Assembly: GCF_000017945.1 (NCBI RefSeq)
Contig: NC_009776.1
Span: forward strand, 1,265,539-1,297,538
DNA length: 32,000 nt
Reading direction: 5' to 3'
DNA from: Ignicoccus hospitalis KIN4/I
GTDB lineage: Archaea; Thermoproteota; Thermoprotei_A; Sulfolobales; Ignicoccaceae
The position numbers and the translations under genes were made by a program. Shown here one piece after another: positions 1 to 9,641 of the stretch. Within the stretch, counting starts at the first letter, position 1. Every line of letters begins with the position of its first letter. Below the pieces are notes generated by a model. That model saw only the letters and a list, made by a program, of their open reading frames with translations, did not search any database and was not told where the DNA came from.

Positions 1-362
1 TGTAAGTGACCGGGTATGCCCGCGCCGGCCGCCCTCCCTAAGTTCCAACCCGCGTTGATGCCCTCTGGCCTGTACTCTCTTCTAAGGACTTCGACCGAAC
101 GCTTGAATAGCTTCACCATCTCGAGGATCTCGGCGTCGTCCATTTCAGTTACGTCGCTTACATGTCGATAAGGGACTATCATGAGATGACCCGTGTTATA
201 GGGAAAAGCATTCAACACCACGTAGTTGTATTTCCCTCTGTATAGTATTAGAGCTTCCTCGTCGTCCATGTTCGGAAGCTCGCAGAACACGCACTTCCCC
301 TCCTCCTTGCCGGCCTTCTCTACGTACTGCATCCTCCACGGCGTCCACAGTACGTCGAACAC
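1..362 (-). CDS. HIT (histidine triad) family hydrolase, truncated by window start
   Basis: Reverse-strand translation from a GTG at 362: (M)FDVLWTPWRMQYVEKAGKEEGKCVFCELPNMDDEEALILYRGKYNYVVLNAFPYNTGHLMIVPYRHVSDVTEMDDAE...INAGWNLGRAAGAGIPGHLH; WxPWRMxYV, CxxC and NxxPYNxGHLMxxPxRH are HIT family hallmarks. Not in the ORF track because it is open at the edge. Confidence 0.9.
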   Translation of the reverse strand, partial: MFDVLWTPWRMQYVEKAGKEEGKCVFCELPNMDDEEALILYRGKYNYVVLNAFPYNTGHLMIVPYRHVSDVTEMDDAEILEMVKLFKRSVEVLRREYRPEGINAGWNLGRAAGAGIPGHL

Positions 363-368
363 CTGGCC

Positions 369-1160
369 TCACCTCGTTAGCAACCAACGAATAGGTATAT
401 CTCCTATGAGCAGCGCCACTAGGAGTCCCCCAGTGATGTAGATAATGAAAGGTATACCATAAGTGACGAATATCTTCTCGTCCTCGCTCAAGAAGCCAGC
501 ATCCACGAACTCTTTAATCTTCCTTTGATGATCTTCGTACTCTTCGTCTATAGAGAAAGTGGTTCGGAGGAGGCGTTCTACTTTATCGTCTTTATATTGT
601 ACCAATTCCAGCGGGAACCAGAATTTCATTTTAAAATAATCCTTCACTTTGACTACTCTAGCTGAGGTCGCTAGGCGCAAGAGCTTTAAGCCTGTAACGT
701 TTAATTCCTTCGCGTGTGAGACGAAGTCGTCGTTTAACAGGTTGGAAATCAACCTCAAGGGGACCCACAAGGCGGCCAGGATCGTTGAGTAAAGCAAGGT
801 TAGCAGAGGTACTGGCAGCAGCGCCCTAGGGCCGCCCAACGCGAAGGGGTACCAAGGCATGTCTACCGTTATGAATAGGAAAGCGAGTACGTCAGCCCCG
901 CCCATCATGTTCCTTAACATTAGAAGGGCGAGTACCAGAATTATTATCGCTCCGCTCAAGAATGAAAAGACTACGTAGTCCCCCAAGCCGGCGGAACTCA
1001 GGGTAACCGCCTCGTAAAGGGATGCCGGGAGCGCGAGAAGCGCTGCGGTCGCCCAGAGCTTCGGCGGTATTTCTCTGGTCTTCCAATCGAGGTACGAGGC
1101 GTAACTCAGAACAACCAACGCCAACGCTGTTCTGTAGACGTCCAACAACCACAAGTCCAT
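369..1160 (-). CDS. A24-family prepilin/preflagellin peptidase (FlaK/PibD-like)
   Basis: Multi-TM protein with SYLDWKTREIPP near the N-terminus and MMGGADVLAF, the two aspartates of type IV prepilin peptidases. Confidence 0.85.
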   Translation of the reverse strand: MDLWLLDVYRTALALVVLSYASYLDWKTREIPPKLWATAALLALPASLYEAVTLSSAGLGDYVVFSFLSGAIIILVLALLMLRNMMGGADVLAFLFITVDMPWYPFALGGPRALLPVPLLTLLYSTILAALWVPLRLISNLLNDDFVSHAKELNVTGLKLLRLATSARVVKVKDYFKMKFWFPLELVQYKDDKVERLLRTTFSIDEEYEDHQRKIKEFVDAGFLSEDEKIFVTYGIPFIIYITGGLLVALLIGDIPIRWLLTR

Positions 1161-1281
1161 TGGAGTGCCCCAAGGGGTTACGCCCGGGGCGTATAACCTC
1201 GGCTGGCTTTTCCTCAGTCATTTGAGGTCCTGCTACCGGGCATGAGTCCTCATTGGCAGTGTAAGGAGAACGGGGGCGTGG

Positions 1282-1366
1282 TGCGGGGGGTGGGATTTGA
1301 ACCCACGCCGGCCTACGCCAGCGGGTCTTGAGCCCGCCCCCTTCGACCTGGCTCGGGCACCCCCGC
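1282..1366 (-). tRNA. tRNA-Leu (anticodon CAA)
   Basis: Reverse strand GCGGGGGTGCCCGAGCCAGGTCGAAGGGGGCGGGCTCAAGACCCGCTGGCG...GTGGGTTCAAATCCCACCCCCCGCA: 7-bp acceptor stem, anticodon loop CTCAAGA, long variable arm, T-arm. Confidence 0.95.
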
Positions 1367-1405
1367 TCCACAGTGCGGGTCACACCTAGGATTATTAAGT
1401 TTGGG

Positions 1406-2575
1406 TCATCCCCCTTCCCTTGAAGACTCTAACATCCTTTCGTAGGTTTTCATCATCACTTTTACGAAGATCTTGTAAGCCCTCTCAGGGGGGAGTTCGG
1501 GGACTGCGGGCAGCTCTTCCGTCCACACGCTCGAGTAAGCGCTCCTTACCCTCTCTGACGTGACGATCTCTAGTTCCCCGAGCTTGCGCTCCAACTCTTG
1601 CTGAATTTTGTATAGCACGTTCGCCAGCTTGGGCGAGAACCTCCACATGTGTCTCTCGAAGAAGTCTTCCCAAGGCATATCGTACTCGAAGCGACGGTAA
1701 GAAGCCTTGATAGCTTCCTCTATTATACCCGGGTCCTCGACCTCATTCCAAACGCTCTCGTCCAACTCGTGGAGGGTTTTGTAAGGGCAGAAAGTACACG
1801 CCACGCGGGGGAGGCCCTTTAGGTAGTCTGGGTGGACGGCGTTGACCTCCCTAACTATCTTGACCACGTCGATAAGGGTCAGTAGGAATATGGGCCTCAC
1901 CTTCTTGAAGTCGAACACCTTAGGGGTCGTAGGAGAGTGGAAAGACAGCCTCTTGAACCTCTTGATGGACTCGAACATGCGTTCGCCGTCAGCCCTCACG
2001 TAGTCCTTCATCTCCTTCAATACCTTCCTTATCGGCTTTACTTTTTGTGTAGTACACCACCTGTTCCCCCTGAAGGGCATCCCCTGCTTCAACATGTTTC
2101 TCATGATCTCCCTGTCAGCTTCTACCACCACTAACTTGACGCCTAGTCGGTTCGCAACTTTCTCGACGAAATCCACGTTTCGTGGGTTTTCTAGGTAGCT
2201 TACATGGGAATAGAGGAGCGTGACGTCGGCGCCCAAGTCGCTTAAGACCTTGGCCGCCGCGACGCTGTCCTTACCCCCAGAGAAGTTCAACACTACCTTA
2301 ATGTTGGGCGGGACCTTCTCGGACAACCACCTCAAGTACCCTTCGTAGTCTCCTGCAACGGAGACGAAGGGCCACTTTATGTCTTCGAAGAACCTACCGA
2401 AATTTAGCGTAATGCCAGAAACTTTCAACATATTGCCATCAATAAAGTCGTTAATTCTAATTGCCTTGCGAACGTCTAACCAAAGGTAGACGTCGTCGTT
2501 TATCCCGGTAAATTCGGCCGAGTCGACGAGCCACGACGCCACTCTCTTCACCTTTATCTCGGGATAGCGTTCCAT
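1406..2575 (-). CDS. PAPS reductase/ATP-sulfurylase-like N-type ATP pyrophosphatase family protein
   Basis: NFSGGKDSVAAAKVL PP-loop, RWCTTQKVKP and CTFCPY motifs. ORF extends to 2599, but ATG at 2575 fits a TATA-like element (minus CTTAAAATA, around 2610-2618). Confidence 0.8.
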   Translation of the reverse strand: MERYPEIKVKRVASWLVDSAEFTGINDDVYLWLDVRKAIRINDFIDGNMLKVSGITLNFGRFFEDIKWPFVSVAGDYEGYLRWLSEKVPPNIKVVLNFSGGKDSVAAAKVLSDLGADVTLLYSHVSYLENPRNVDFVEKVANRLGVKLVVVEADREIMRNMLKQGMPFRGNRWCTTQKVKPIRKVLKEMKDYVRADGERMFESIKRFKRLSFHSPTTPKVFDFKKVRPIFLLTLIDVVKIVREVNAVHPDYLKGLPRVACTFCPYKTLHELDESVWNEVEDPGIIEEAIKASYRRFEYDMPWEDFFERHMWRFSPKLANVLYKIQQELERKLGELEIVTSERVRSAYSSVWTEELPAVPELPPERAYKIFVKVMMKTYERMLESSREGG

Positions 2576-2645
2576 TGAGGTGCACCGTAACCTTAACACG
2601 CGACGAAAGGTATTTTAAGCGTAGCACGCACACCGTGCGATAAGC

Positions 2646-2653
2646 TTTTATAA
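2646..2653 (+). promoter_or_regulatory. TATA box of tRNA-Gln
   Basis: TTTTATAA centred about 26.5 nt upstream of the mature tRNA 5' end. Confidence 0.65.
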
Positions 2654-2675
2654 TGTTCGCGAGAGCAGAACCCGG

Positions 2676-2748
2676 AGCCGGGTCGTCTAGCGGCCAAGGA
2701 TGCGGGGCTTTGGCCCCCGTGACCGGGGTTCGAATCCCCGCCCGGCTA
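2676..2748 (+). tRNA. tRNA-Gln (anticodon TTG); CCA encoded at 2749-2751
   Basis: AGCCGGGTCGTCTAGCGGCCAAGGATGCGGGGCTTTGGCCCCCGTGACCGGGGTTCGAATCCCCGCCCGGCTA-CCA; anticodon loop CTTTGGC; upstream TTTTATAA at 2646-2653. Confidence 0.95.
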
Positions 2749-2833
2749 CCACTTATCCATTCCCTCCCACAACTACAAAGCCTCAAGCGAGCTTTATTAT
2801 GGTCCACGGGACCCCGCGGTGGGAGCGGAGGCC

Positions 2834-3187
2834 TTGTCGGTAAACTTCAGGCACGTGGGAGTAAGGGGGGTCAAGCCCCCGATCGGTACGTGCAACGACC
2901 CCGAGTGTCCTTGGCACGGACATCTAAAGGTAAGGGGCACCATTTTGGAGGGTGTAGTAGTCAAGAAGAAGATGAATAAGGCTGTGGTAGTACGCCACGA
3001 GTACTTGTACTACAACAGGAAGTACCAGAGGTACGAGAGGAGGAAGAGTAACATCCACGCCCGCTTGCCGCCCTGCCTCGCGGACGAGATAAAGGAAGGC
3101 GACGTCGTAGTTATTGGAGAGACGCGTCCCCTGGCTAAGAGTATAAGCTTCGTAGTCCTCGGCAAGAAGGCAGGGGGTGAAGAGTAA
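2834..3187 (+). CDS. rps17: 30S ribosomal protein S17
   Basis: [75 protein letters not shown] opens at GTG 2819, but the TATA position favours a start at TTG 2834 or GTG 2855. Confidence 0.95.
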   Translation: MSVNFRHVGVRGVKPPIGTCNDPECPWHGHLKVRGTILEGVVVKKKMNKAVVVRHEYLYYNRKYQRYERRKSNIHARLPPCLADEIKEGDVVVIGETRPLAKSISFVVLGKKAGGEE

Positions 3188-3600
3188 TGGTAAAGGCGTC
3201 AGCGAACAAGTCGCGTAGAAAGGTAGTAACCGGCCTCCAAGTGGGCAGCTACGTGAAGGTTACGGACAACAGCGGGGCAAAGGTCGCCATGATTATCGGC
3301 GTGCCCGGCTACCACGGCAGGCTAAGGAGGATTCCTCCGGCGGGCGTGGGCGACATGGTGGTAGTGACTGTAAAGAAGGGAACGCCCGAAATGAGGCACC
3401 AGGTAGTTAGAGCGATAGTCGTTAGGCAGAGGAAGCCTTTCAGAAGGCCCGACGGCACTTGGGTTGCTTTCGAGGACAACGCGGTGGTCATCGTAAGCGA
3501 AGACGGCACGCCGAGGGGGTCGGAGATAAGGGGACCGGTCGCCCGCGAAGCGGTGGAAAGGTGGCCCAGGATAGGCAACGTGGCCAGCATAGTCGTGTGA
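3187..3600 (+). CDS. rpl14: 50S ribosomal protein L14
   Basis: Conserved L14 sequence: [79 protein letters not shown]. Confidence 0.97.
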   Translation: MVKASANKSRRKVVTGLQVGSYVKVTDNSGAKVAMIIGVPGYHGRLRRIPPAGVGDMVVVTVKKGTPEMRHQVVRAIVVRQRKPFRRPDGTWVAFEDNAVVIVSEDGTPRGSEIRGPVAREAVERWPRIGNVASIVV

Positions 3601-3601
3601 G

Positions 3602-3988
3602 GTGAGCGCCGTGCCTATCCCCAAGTCCAAGAAGCCCAGCAAGCAGAGGAAGTTCCTCTACAACGCTCCCTTGCACTTGAGGCATAAGTTCATGAACGCC
3701 CCCCTCAGCAAGGAGCTGAGGGAGAAGTACGGCGTCAAGAGGTTGCCGGTGAGAAAGGGCGACACCGTAAAGATCGTCAGAGGGAAGTTCAGGGGCCACG
3801 AAGGAACGGTCGCCAAGGTAGACCTAAAGAAAGCGAGGATATACGTAGACGGCGCAACGATAGAGAACTCGAGGGGCGAGCAGAGGTTCTACCCCATCCA
3901 CCCTTCGAAAGTGATTATAACCAAGCTAGGTGAGGTCGACAAGGTAAGGCAAAAGATAATAGAGAGGAGGAAGAAGGAGGTGAAGTAA
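3602..3988 (+). CDS. rpl24: 50S ribosomal protein L24
   Basis: [67 protein letters not shown]: archaeal L24 with KOW motif. Confidence 0.95.
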
Positions 3989-3989
3989 A

Positions 3990-4757
3990 GTGGCAAGGGT
4001 AGGTGGAGGTAAAAGGCACCTAAAGAGGCTCGCCGCCCCGGCCTTCTGGCCCATTCATAGAAAGGAGGCCGTCTGGGCGGTAAAGCCCCGGCCGGGTCCC
4101 CACCCCATAGAGGAGAGCATACCGCTACTGATACTCGTCAGGGACGTGCTCGGATACGCCGAGACCTCTAGGGAAGCGAGGAAGTTGATAGCAGAGGGCA
4201 GAATAAAGGTTGATGGAAGAGTAAGGAAGGACTACAAGTTCCCCGTAGGCGCCATGGACGTAATAGAGATCGTAGGGGCCGACGAGTACTACCGCATGAT
4301 CCCGTACCCAGTCAAGTACCTAGTACCCATGAGGATAGATGCAGAAGAGGCCAAGAAGAAGATCTGTAGAATAGAAAACAAGGTGACAGTTAAGGGCGGT
4401 CACGTCCAGTTGAACTTACACGACGGCAGGAACGTGTTGATAAGGGTAGAAGACCCGCGCAACCCCGTAGAGGCCCAAGAGTACAAGACCTTGGGCGGCT
4501 TACTCATAACGGTGCCCGAGCAAGAGATCTTGGACTACGTCCCCTTCGAGGAGGGAGTAATCGCAATAGTGAAGTCTGGGAGGAACGTAGGAAGGGTCGG
4601 GAGGATAGAGGAAATCGTGAAAGGGATGGGACGGAAGAAGACTCTAGTTAAGATGAGGGACGTACACGACGAAGTGTTTTACACCGTCGCTGAGTACGTA
4701 TTCCCAATAGGGAAGGAAGAGCCCTTGATAAAGTTGCCGGAGGGTGCTTGGAAATGA
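3990..4757 (+). CDS. rps4e: 30S ribosomal protein S4e
   Basis: [48 protein letters not shown]...[16 protein letters not shown]: S4e. Confidence 0.97.
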   Translation: MARVGGGKRHLKRLAAPAFWPIHRKEAVWAVKPRPGPHPIEESIPLLILVRDVLGYAETSREARKLIAEGRIKVDGRVRKDYKFPVGAMDVIEIVGADEYYRMIPYPVKYLVPMRIDAEEAKKKICRIENKVTVKGGHVQLNLHDGRNVLIRVEDPRNPVEAQEYKTLGGLLITVPEQEILDYVPFEEGVIAIVKSGRNVGRVGRIEEIVKGMGRKKTLVKMRDVHDEVFYTVAEYVFPIGKEEPLIKLPEGAWK

Positions 4758-5344
4758 GCGCGGAGTTGGAAGTTAAGCGCTTAGAGGTTCCCCTCCCTCC
4801 CGAAAGGGTTGAAGAGATACTGAAGAGGTGGGAACAACAGCCTATGCTGAAGCCCAGGTTAGCCAAAGTGACGGTCAACATCGCCCTGGGCGAGAGCGGC
4901 GAACGCTTAGAGAAGGCCTACAACTTGCTAGAGGAGCTAACCGGCCAGAGGCCGGTTAAGCGCAAAGCCAAGAAGACCATAAGGCAATTCGGAATAAGGA
5001 GAGGGGAGAACATAGCAGTCATGGTTACCTTGAGGGGACAAAGAGCTGTGGAATTCCTAAAGAAGGCCTTAGAGGCTGTCGGGTGGAAGATCAAAGCCTC
5101 CAGCTTCGACGAGTTCGGCAACGTAGGCTTCGGCATAAGGGAGCACATACAGATACCCGGCACGCGCTACGACCCCAGAGTAGGTATATTCGGCATGGAC
5201 GTGATTCTGACAATAGAAAGACCCGGCTACAGGGTGGCCAGGAGGAGGAGGGCTAGGTCCAAGATCCCCCGGAGGCACAGGGTCACCAAAGAGGAGAGTA
5301 TGGTATTCTTGGCCAAGGAGTTCGGCGTAAAGATCGAGGGTTAA
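4754..5344 (+). CDS. rpl5: 50S ribosomal protein L5
   Basis: [61 protein letters not shown]...[24 protein letters not shown] at 4754 overlaps the S4e stop (ATGA). Confidence 0.97.
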   Translation: MSAELEVKRLEVPLPPERVEEILKRWEQQPMLKPRLAKVTVNIALGESGERLEKAYNLLEELTGQRPVKRKAKKTIRQFGIRRGENIAVMVTLRGQRAVEFLKKALEAVGWKIKASSFDEFGNVGFGIREHIQIPGTRYDPRVGIFGMDVILTIERPGYRVARRRRARSKIPRRHRVTKEESMVFLAKEFGVKIEG

Positions 5345-5379
5345 AAAAGAACGCGGGAGCGCAAGAGGGGGTGTGAAGA

Positions 5380-5544
5380 ATGGCCAAGTTTAGGCCTCCC
5401 AAGTATAGGAGGTTTGGGCGTGGAGCAAGGAGATGTCAGAGGTGCGGTAGCCAAGACGCCGTCATAACTAAGTACGGATTGTACCTCTGTAGGCAATGCT
5501 TCCGAGAGGTAGCTCCTACTCTAGGCTTTAAGAAGTACAGGTGA
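5380..5544 (+). CDS. rps14: 30S ribosomal protein S14
   Basis: Translated directly: [54 protein letters not shown]; zinc-binding archaeal S14, 54 aa, missing from the ORF track. Confidence 0.96.
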   Translation: MAKFRPPKYRRFGRGARRCQRCGSQDAVITKYGLYLCRQCFREVAPTLGFKKYR

Positions 5545-5549
5545 GAGCA

Positions 5550-5951
5550 ATGGTGATGCTCGACACTCTCGCGAACGCCCTCACCACAATATACAACAAC
5601 GAAGTTAGGGGCAACAAAGAAGCAATAATAATGCCCGCTTCCAAGTTGATCGCCAACGTACTAAGGATAATGCAGAAGGAAGGCTACGTGGGCGAGTTCG
5701 AATACATAGACGACGGACGGTGGGGCAAGATAAGGGTGAGGCTGCTGGGCAGGATTAACAAGTGTGGCGCAATAAAGCCCAGGGTGTCCGTGAGCTACAG
5801 AGACCTACTGGTCTTGCCGGAGCACTTGAGGAGGTTCTTGCCGTCCAAGGACGTGGGCATTCTGATAATAAGCACCTCCCAAGGACTGATGACCCATAAG
5901 GAGGCCATACAGAAGAGGGTAGGCGGAATAGCTATCGCATACGTCTATTAA
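5550..5951 (+). CDS. rps8: 30S ribosomal protein S8
   Basis: [78 protein letters not shown]: S8. Confidence 0.96.
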   Translation: MVMLDTLANALTTIYNNEVRGNKEAIIMPASKLIANVLRIMQKEGYVGEFEYIDDGRWGKIRVRLLGRINKCGAIKPRVSVSYRDLLVLPEHLRRFLPSKDVGILIISTSQGLMTHKEAIQKRVGGIAIAYVY

Positions 5952-6014
5952 CCTTTTGTTGTCCCTTCCACACAAAAATCTCCATTCGCTCTTTAGAACC
6001 CGGGCTCGAGTGCC

Positions 6015-6398
6015 TTGAGGGTCTTGGACCTCGTAGGGAGAGAGATAGTTTGGTGTCCTCCTAATAGCACCTTAAAAGAGGTCGTACACAAGATGAGGGC
6101 TCACAACGTCGGCAGCGTCTTGATACTTAACGGCGACGAGCTCGTGGGCATTTTCACCGAAAGGGACCTAGTAAGGGCCTTCGACGAGGGGGCTAAGCCC
6201 GAAGACCTTGTCAGCGACTTCATGACGCGTAACCCTATAGTTGTGAACCCGGAGGAAAGCTTGGAGAGCGCACTACAGAAAATGTTGGCACACGGGATTA
6301 GGCACTTGCCCGTAGTGTCGCCAGAAGGCAGAGTCCTAGGAGTGGTGAGCTTGAGAGACGTAGTAGAGGCCTTACTGGCGCAGCAAACGCCTATCTGA
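6015..6398 (+). CDS. CBS-domain pair protein
   Basis: Two CBS repeats: STLKEVVHKMRAHNVGSVLILNGDELVGIFTERDLVRAF and ESLESALQKMLAHGIRHLPVVSPEGRVLGVVSLRDVVEAL. TTG start. Confidence 0.9.
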   Translation: MRVLDLVGREIVWCPPNSTLKEVVHKMRAHNVGSVLILNGDELVGIFTERDLVRAFDEGAKPEDLVSDFMTRNPIVVNPEESLESALQKMLAHGIRHLPVVSPEGRVLGVVSLRDVVEALLAQQTPI

Positions 6399-6430
6399 GC
6401 TAAAACCTCGCCCGGCGCGGGCCTCTCGAG

Positions 6431-8365
6431 ATGAAAAAGAAGGCAAGCATGAACTATCTCGACGTCGTAGCTTGGATAAGGAAGAACGAAGATCTAATAG
6501 GGTCGACAGTCCAAAACGTCTACTACAAGGACGGCCTAATGTGGATGAAGCTGAAGGGAAAGGGGAGCGGCACTAAGGCGTTGATCGCGGAGCCGGGGAG
6601 GAGGATCCACCTAACGCCCTCTCCTCCGGAAGCCCCGGAGAGGCTTCACCCCTTCGCCGGGGGGCTACGCAAGTTCTTGAAATCCGCCAAGTTGACTTCG
6701 ATCAAGACCGTAGGTTACGACAGAGTCGTCGAGATGAACTTCTCCAAGGGGGGTGAGGTCTACAAACTGATGATAGAGCTGGTGCCCAGAGGGGTTATTG
6801 CCCTTCTTGACCCCGAGAACAAAATACTCTACGCCAACGAATACAAAGAGATGAGGGATAGATCGATAAAGAGGGGTGAGTTATACAAGCCACCTCCAGG
6901 GCCGACCTTCGACCCCTTCAACGACTTGGAGGAGTTAGGAGAAAGGATAAAGAAGGGTAAGGACGTAGTCAGGGGGCTGGTAATAGGTCAGAAGGTGCCG
7001 GGAGACGTAGCCGAGGAAGTGCTGTTCAGAGCTGGGGTCGCTAAGGACAAAAAGCCCAGCGAGGTAAGCCTAGAAGAATTGGAAAGGATTAAAGCAAAAA
7101 TTAGGGAAGTGTACGAAGAGGCGCTGAAAGGGAGGGCATACCTCGTTAGGGCCGAGAGCGAACCAGTGGCCTTCGAGCCCTTCGAGCCGCGGCTGTTTAT
7201 TTCCCAAGGTTATCACGCATCGGAAGGCGACCTAGATCAAATAATAGACGAGTACTTTGCGAACGTGAAGAGCGAAGAGCTGGAAGAAACCTTAGAGGAG
7301 AGGGTAAGAAAGGAAGTAGAGAAACTGAGGAAAGCTATGGAAGAGCAGCTCCGCTTGGCGGAAGAGTACAAGAAGCTTTCAGAAAACTACGAGAAGCTCG
7401 CCACTCAGTTGGCGGCCAACTACGCTGAAATAGAGGAGGTATTAAAGGACGGCAAGGAATACATTATGAAGTTCGAGGACAAGGAGATCGTGTTGAAACC
7501 CGACACGAACCTCGACGAATACATTAGGTCGTTGTTCTCTAAGTCTAAGGAATATGAAAAGAAGTACAAGAGAGCCCTCAAGGCGTACGAAGAGCTCAAA
7601 GAAGAGATGGACAAAGTCGAAGAGAAGGTAAAAGAAGAGATAGCTAAGGAGATAGCTAAGTCGAGGAGGAGGGAGTGGTACGAGAAGTACCACTGGTTGA
7701 TAACGAGCTCCGGGCTGTTGGCGATAGGAGGCAAGGACGCGAGCCAGAACGAAGCGGTGGTGAGGAGGTACTTGGAAGACGACGACATATTCATGCACGC
7801 GGAGGTCCAAGGAGCCCCGGCGGTGGTCCTAAAGACTGAAGGAAAGGAGGTGACCGAGAAGGACTTGAGGGAGGCCGCTTTCCTGACCGCGTGTTATTCC
7901 AAGGCGTGGAAAGAGGGAAGGGGCTCCGTGGACGTCTTCTACGTCAAGGGCTCGCAAGTGAGCAAGAGTCCTCCTCCCGGACAGTACGTCGCCAAGGGAG
8001 CCTTCATAATAAAGGGTAAGAGAGAATACGTCAGAGACGTTCCCTTGAGGCTGGCGCTAGGCGTGGAAATGGTCGAAGGGGGCCCGCGCGTAATTGTGGG
8101 GCCCGAAGAGCTAGTGAGGGAGAGGAGCTTCGCCTACGCCGTCTTGGTCCCTGGGGACGTGGAGAAGAGGAAGGTCGCCCAGAAGCTGAAGAGGCTCTGG
8201 ACCAACAAGCTGAAGGAGCCAGAGCTAAAGGGAGCGATAGAGGGGCTCAGAGAAGAGGAAATAATGGAAAGGATACCGGGAAAAAGTAAGATAGTAAAGG
8301 TAGTTGTCCCAATGAGGAAGCCCGAAAAGTCCGAGGAGGGTGAGGTGAGTGCGGGGCTGGGCTGA
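6431..8365 (+). CDS. NFACT family protein (archaeal Rqc2/NEMF/RqcH-like)
   Basis: N-terminal MNYLDVVAWIRKNEDLIGSTVQNVYY, long coiled coil, NFACT-R-like segment EKYHWLITSSGLLAIGGKDASQNEAVVRRYLEDDDIFMHAEVQGAPAVVLKTEG...PPPGQYVAKGAFIIKGKREYV. Confidence 0.93.
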   Translation: MKKKASMNYLDVVAWIRKNEDLIGSTVQNVYYKDGLMWMKLKGKGSGTKALIAEPGRRIHLTPSPPEAPERLHPFAGGLRKFLKSAKLTSIKTVGYDRVVEMNFSKGGEVYKLMIELVPRGVIALLDPENKILYANEYKEMRDRSIKRGELYKPPPGPTFDPFNDLEELGERIKKGKDVVRGLVIGQKVPGDVAEEVLFRAGVAKDKKPSEVSLEELERIKAKIREVYEEALKGRAYLVRAESEPVAFEPFEPRLFISQGYHASEGDLDQIIDEYFANVKSEELEETLEERVRKEVEKLRKAMEEQLRLAEEYKKLSENYEKLATQLAANYAEIEEVLKDGKEYIMKFEDKEIVLKPDTNLDEYIRSLFSKSKEYEKKYKRALKAYEELKEEMDKVEEKVKEEIAKEIAKSRRREWYEKYHWLITSSGLLAIGGKDASQNEAVVRRYLEDDDIFMHAEVQGAPAVVLKTEGKEVTEKDLREAAFLTACYSKAWKEGRGSVDVFYVKGSQVSKSPPPGQYVAKGAFIIKGKREYVRDVPLRLALGVEMVEGGPRVIVGPEELVRERSFAYAVLVPGDVEKRKVAQKLKRLWTNKLKEPELKGAIEGLREEEIMERIPGKSKIVKVVVPMRKPEKSEEGEVSAGLG

Positions 8366-8408
8366 GGGAAAATATTATCCTCACGGCCGCTTTCCTTCAT
8401 GAGGAACC

Positions 8409-9617
8409 TTGAGAGAAGTTTTGGGTACTGCCCTCACGTCGTCTTCCCAGAAAGCCCTATTGCTCGGTTCGGGAGAGCTCGGCAAAGAGGTAGTTATAGA
8501 GCTTCAGAGGCTGGGCGTGGAAGTAGTTGCAGTAGACCGTTACGACCGCGCCCCAGCTATGCACGTAGCCCATCGGAGGTACGTAATAGACATGCTAGAC
8601 TACGACCAAGTGGTCGACGTGGTTCGCAGGGAGCGCCCAGACGTCATAATACCCGAAGTGGAGGCGATTAACACGGACGCCCTCGTGGACTTGGAAAAGG
8701 AAGGTTACTTCGTAGTCCCTAACGCGAGGGCGGTAAAGATAACCATGAACCGGATTGAGCTGAGGAGGCTAGCGGCAGAAAAGGTAGGGGTTCCCACCAC
8801 TCGTTACGCGTTCGCCCACAACGAAGACGAGGCCGCAGAAGCTTGCGAGAAAGTCGGCTACCCGTGCTTGATAAAGCCCGAGATGAGCTCCTCCGGCCAC
8901 GGACACACCTTAGCCTCTTCGCCGGAGGAGGCCCGGGAGGGATTTAAGAGGGCCTTGAAGGAGGCCCGGGGCAAGAGCGAGAGGGCCATAGTAGAAGAGT
9001 TCGTTGAAATAGATAGGGAACTCACCGCCCTAACGTACAGGCACGACACGGGTAATGGAATAGAAACAGTCCCCCTTCCCCCAGTAGAACACAAGAGGCC
9101 CAAGGGCATCTACTACTATTACGAGTCTTGGCACCCCGCTACCGTCAACGACGAAGTGGTGAAGAAGGCTAAGGACATAGCAGTAAAGGTGGTAAACGAG
9201 TTAGGGGGCTTAGGCATCTTCGGGGTTGAGATATTAGTTACCAAGGACGGGAGGGTACTGTTCAGCGAGGTCTCTCCCCGCCCTCACGACACCGGCCTGG
9301 TCACCTTAGCTAGCATGGAGCTGAGTGAGTTCGCAATTCACGCCCGCGCGGTCCTCGGCCTCCCCGTCCCTGAGCCCAAGTTACTAACTCCCGCGGCCTC
9401 TCGAGTGGTGCTGGCAGAGGAGGCCTTGGAGCCCCCCTGCTTGAAGGGGGTCGGCGAAGCGCTTAAGGTGAAGGGCGTCCAGCTGAGGTGGTTCGCCAAG
9501 CCGCGCAGTTACAAGGAGAGGAGGATGGGAGTGTTACTAGCGACCGGCTCCACGGTGGAGGAGGCGTTGGAGAGGGTTAGGAGGGCCGCCGGGTTCCTAA
9601 AAGTGGTTAAGTGTTAA
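8409..9617 (+). CDS. purT: formate-dependent phosphoribosylglycinamide formyltransferase
   Basis: ATP-grasp: KALLLGSGELGKEVVIELQRLGVEVVAVDRYDRAPAMHVAHR..PEVEAINTDAL...IKPEMSSSGHGHT...FSEVSPRPHDTGLVTL. Confidence 0.93.
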   Translation: MREVLGTALTSSSQKALLLGSGELGKEVVIELQRLGVEVVAVDRYDRAPAMHVAHRRYVIDMLDYDQVVDVVRRERPDVIIPEVEAINTDALVDLEKEGYFVVPNARAVKITMNRIELRRLAAEKVGVPTTRYAFAHNEDEAAEACEKVGYPCLIKPEMSSSGHGHTLASSPEEAREGFKRALKEARGKSERAIVEEFVEIDRELTALTYRHDTGNGIETVPLPPVEHKRPKGIYYYYESWHPATVNDEVVKKAKDIAVKVVNELGGLGIFGVEILVTKDGRVLFSEVSPRPHDTGLVTLASMELSEFAIHARAVLGLPVPEPKLLTPAASRVVLAEEALEPPCLKGVGEALKVKGVQLRWFAKPRSYKERRMGVLLATGSTVEEALERVRRAAGFLKVVKC

Positions 9618-9641
9618 GGTCCTCCTTTTGGGTTATGAAGT

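Noticed and set aside
196-441. ORFs 196..387 (-) and 226..441 (+)
   Set aside because: They overlap the clear HIT family coding frame on the minus strand.
892-1383. 163-aa minus-strand ORF
   Set aside because: Runs through tRNA-Leu and into the prepilin peptidase in another frame; low-complexity Pro/Arg-rich translation.
7420-7810. Ser/Leu-rich antisense ORFs inside NFACT
   Set aside because: Antisense shadows of the Glu/Lys-rich coiled coil, with skewed composition.
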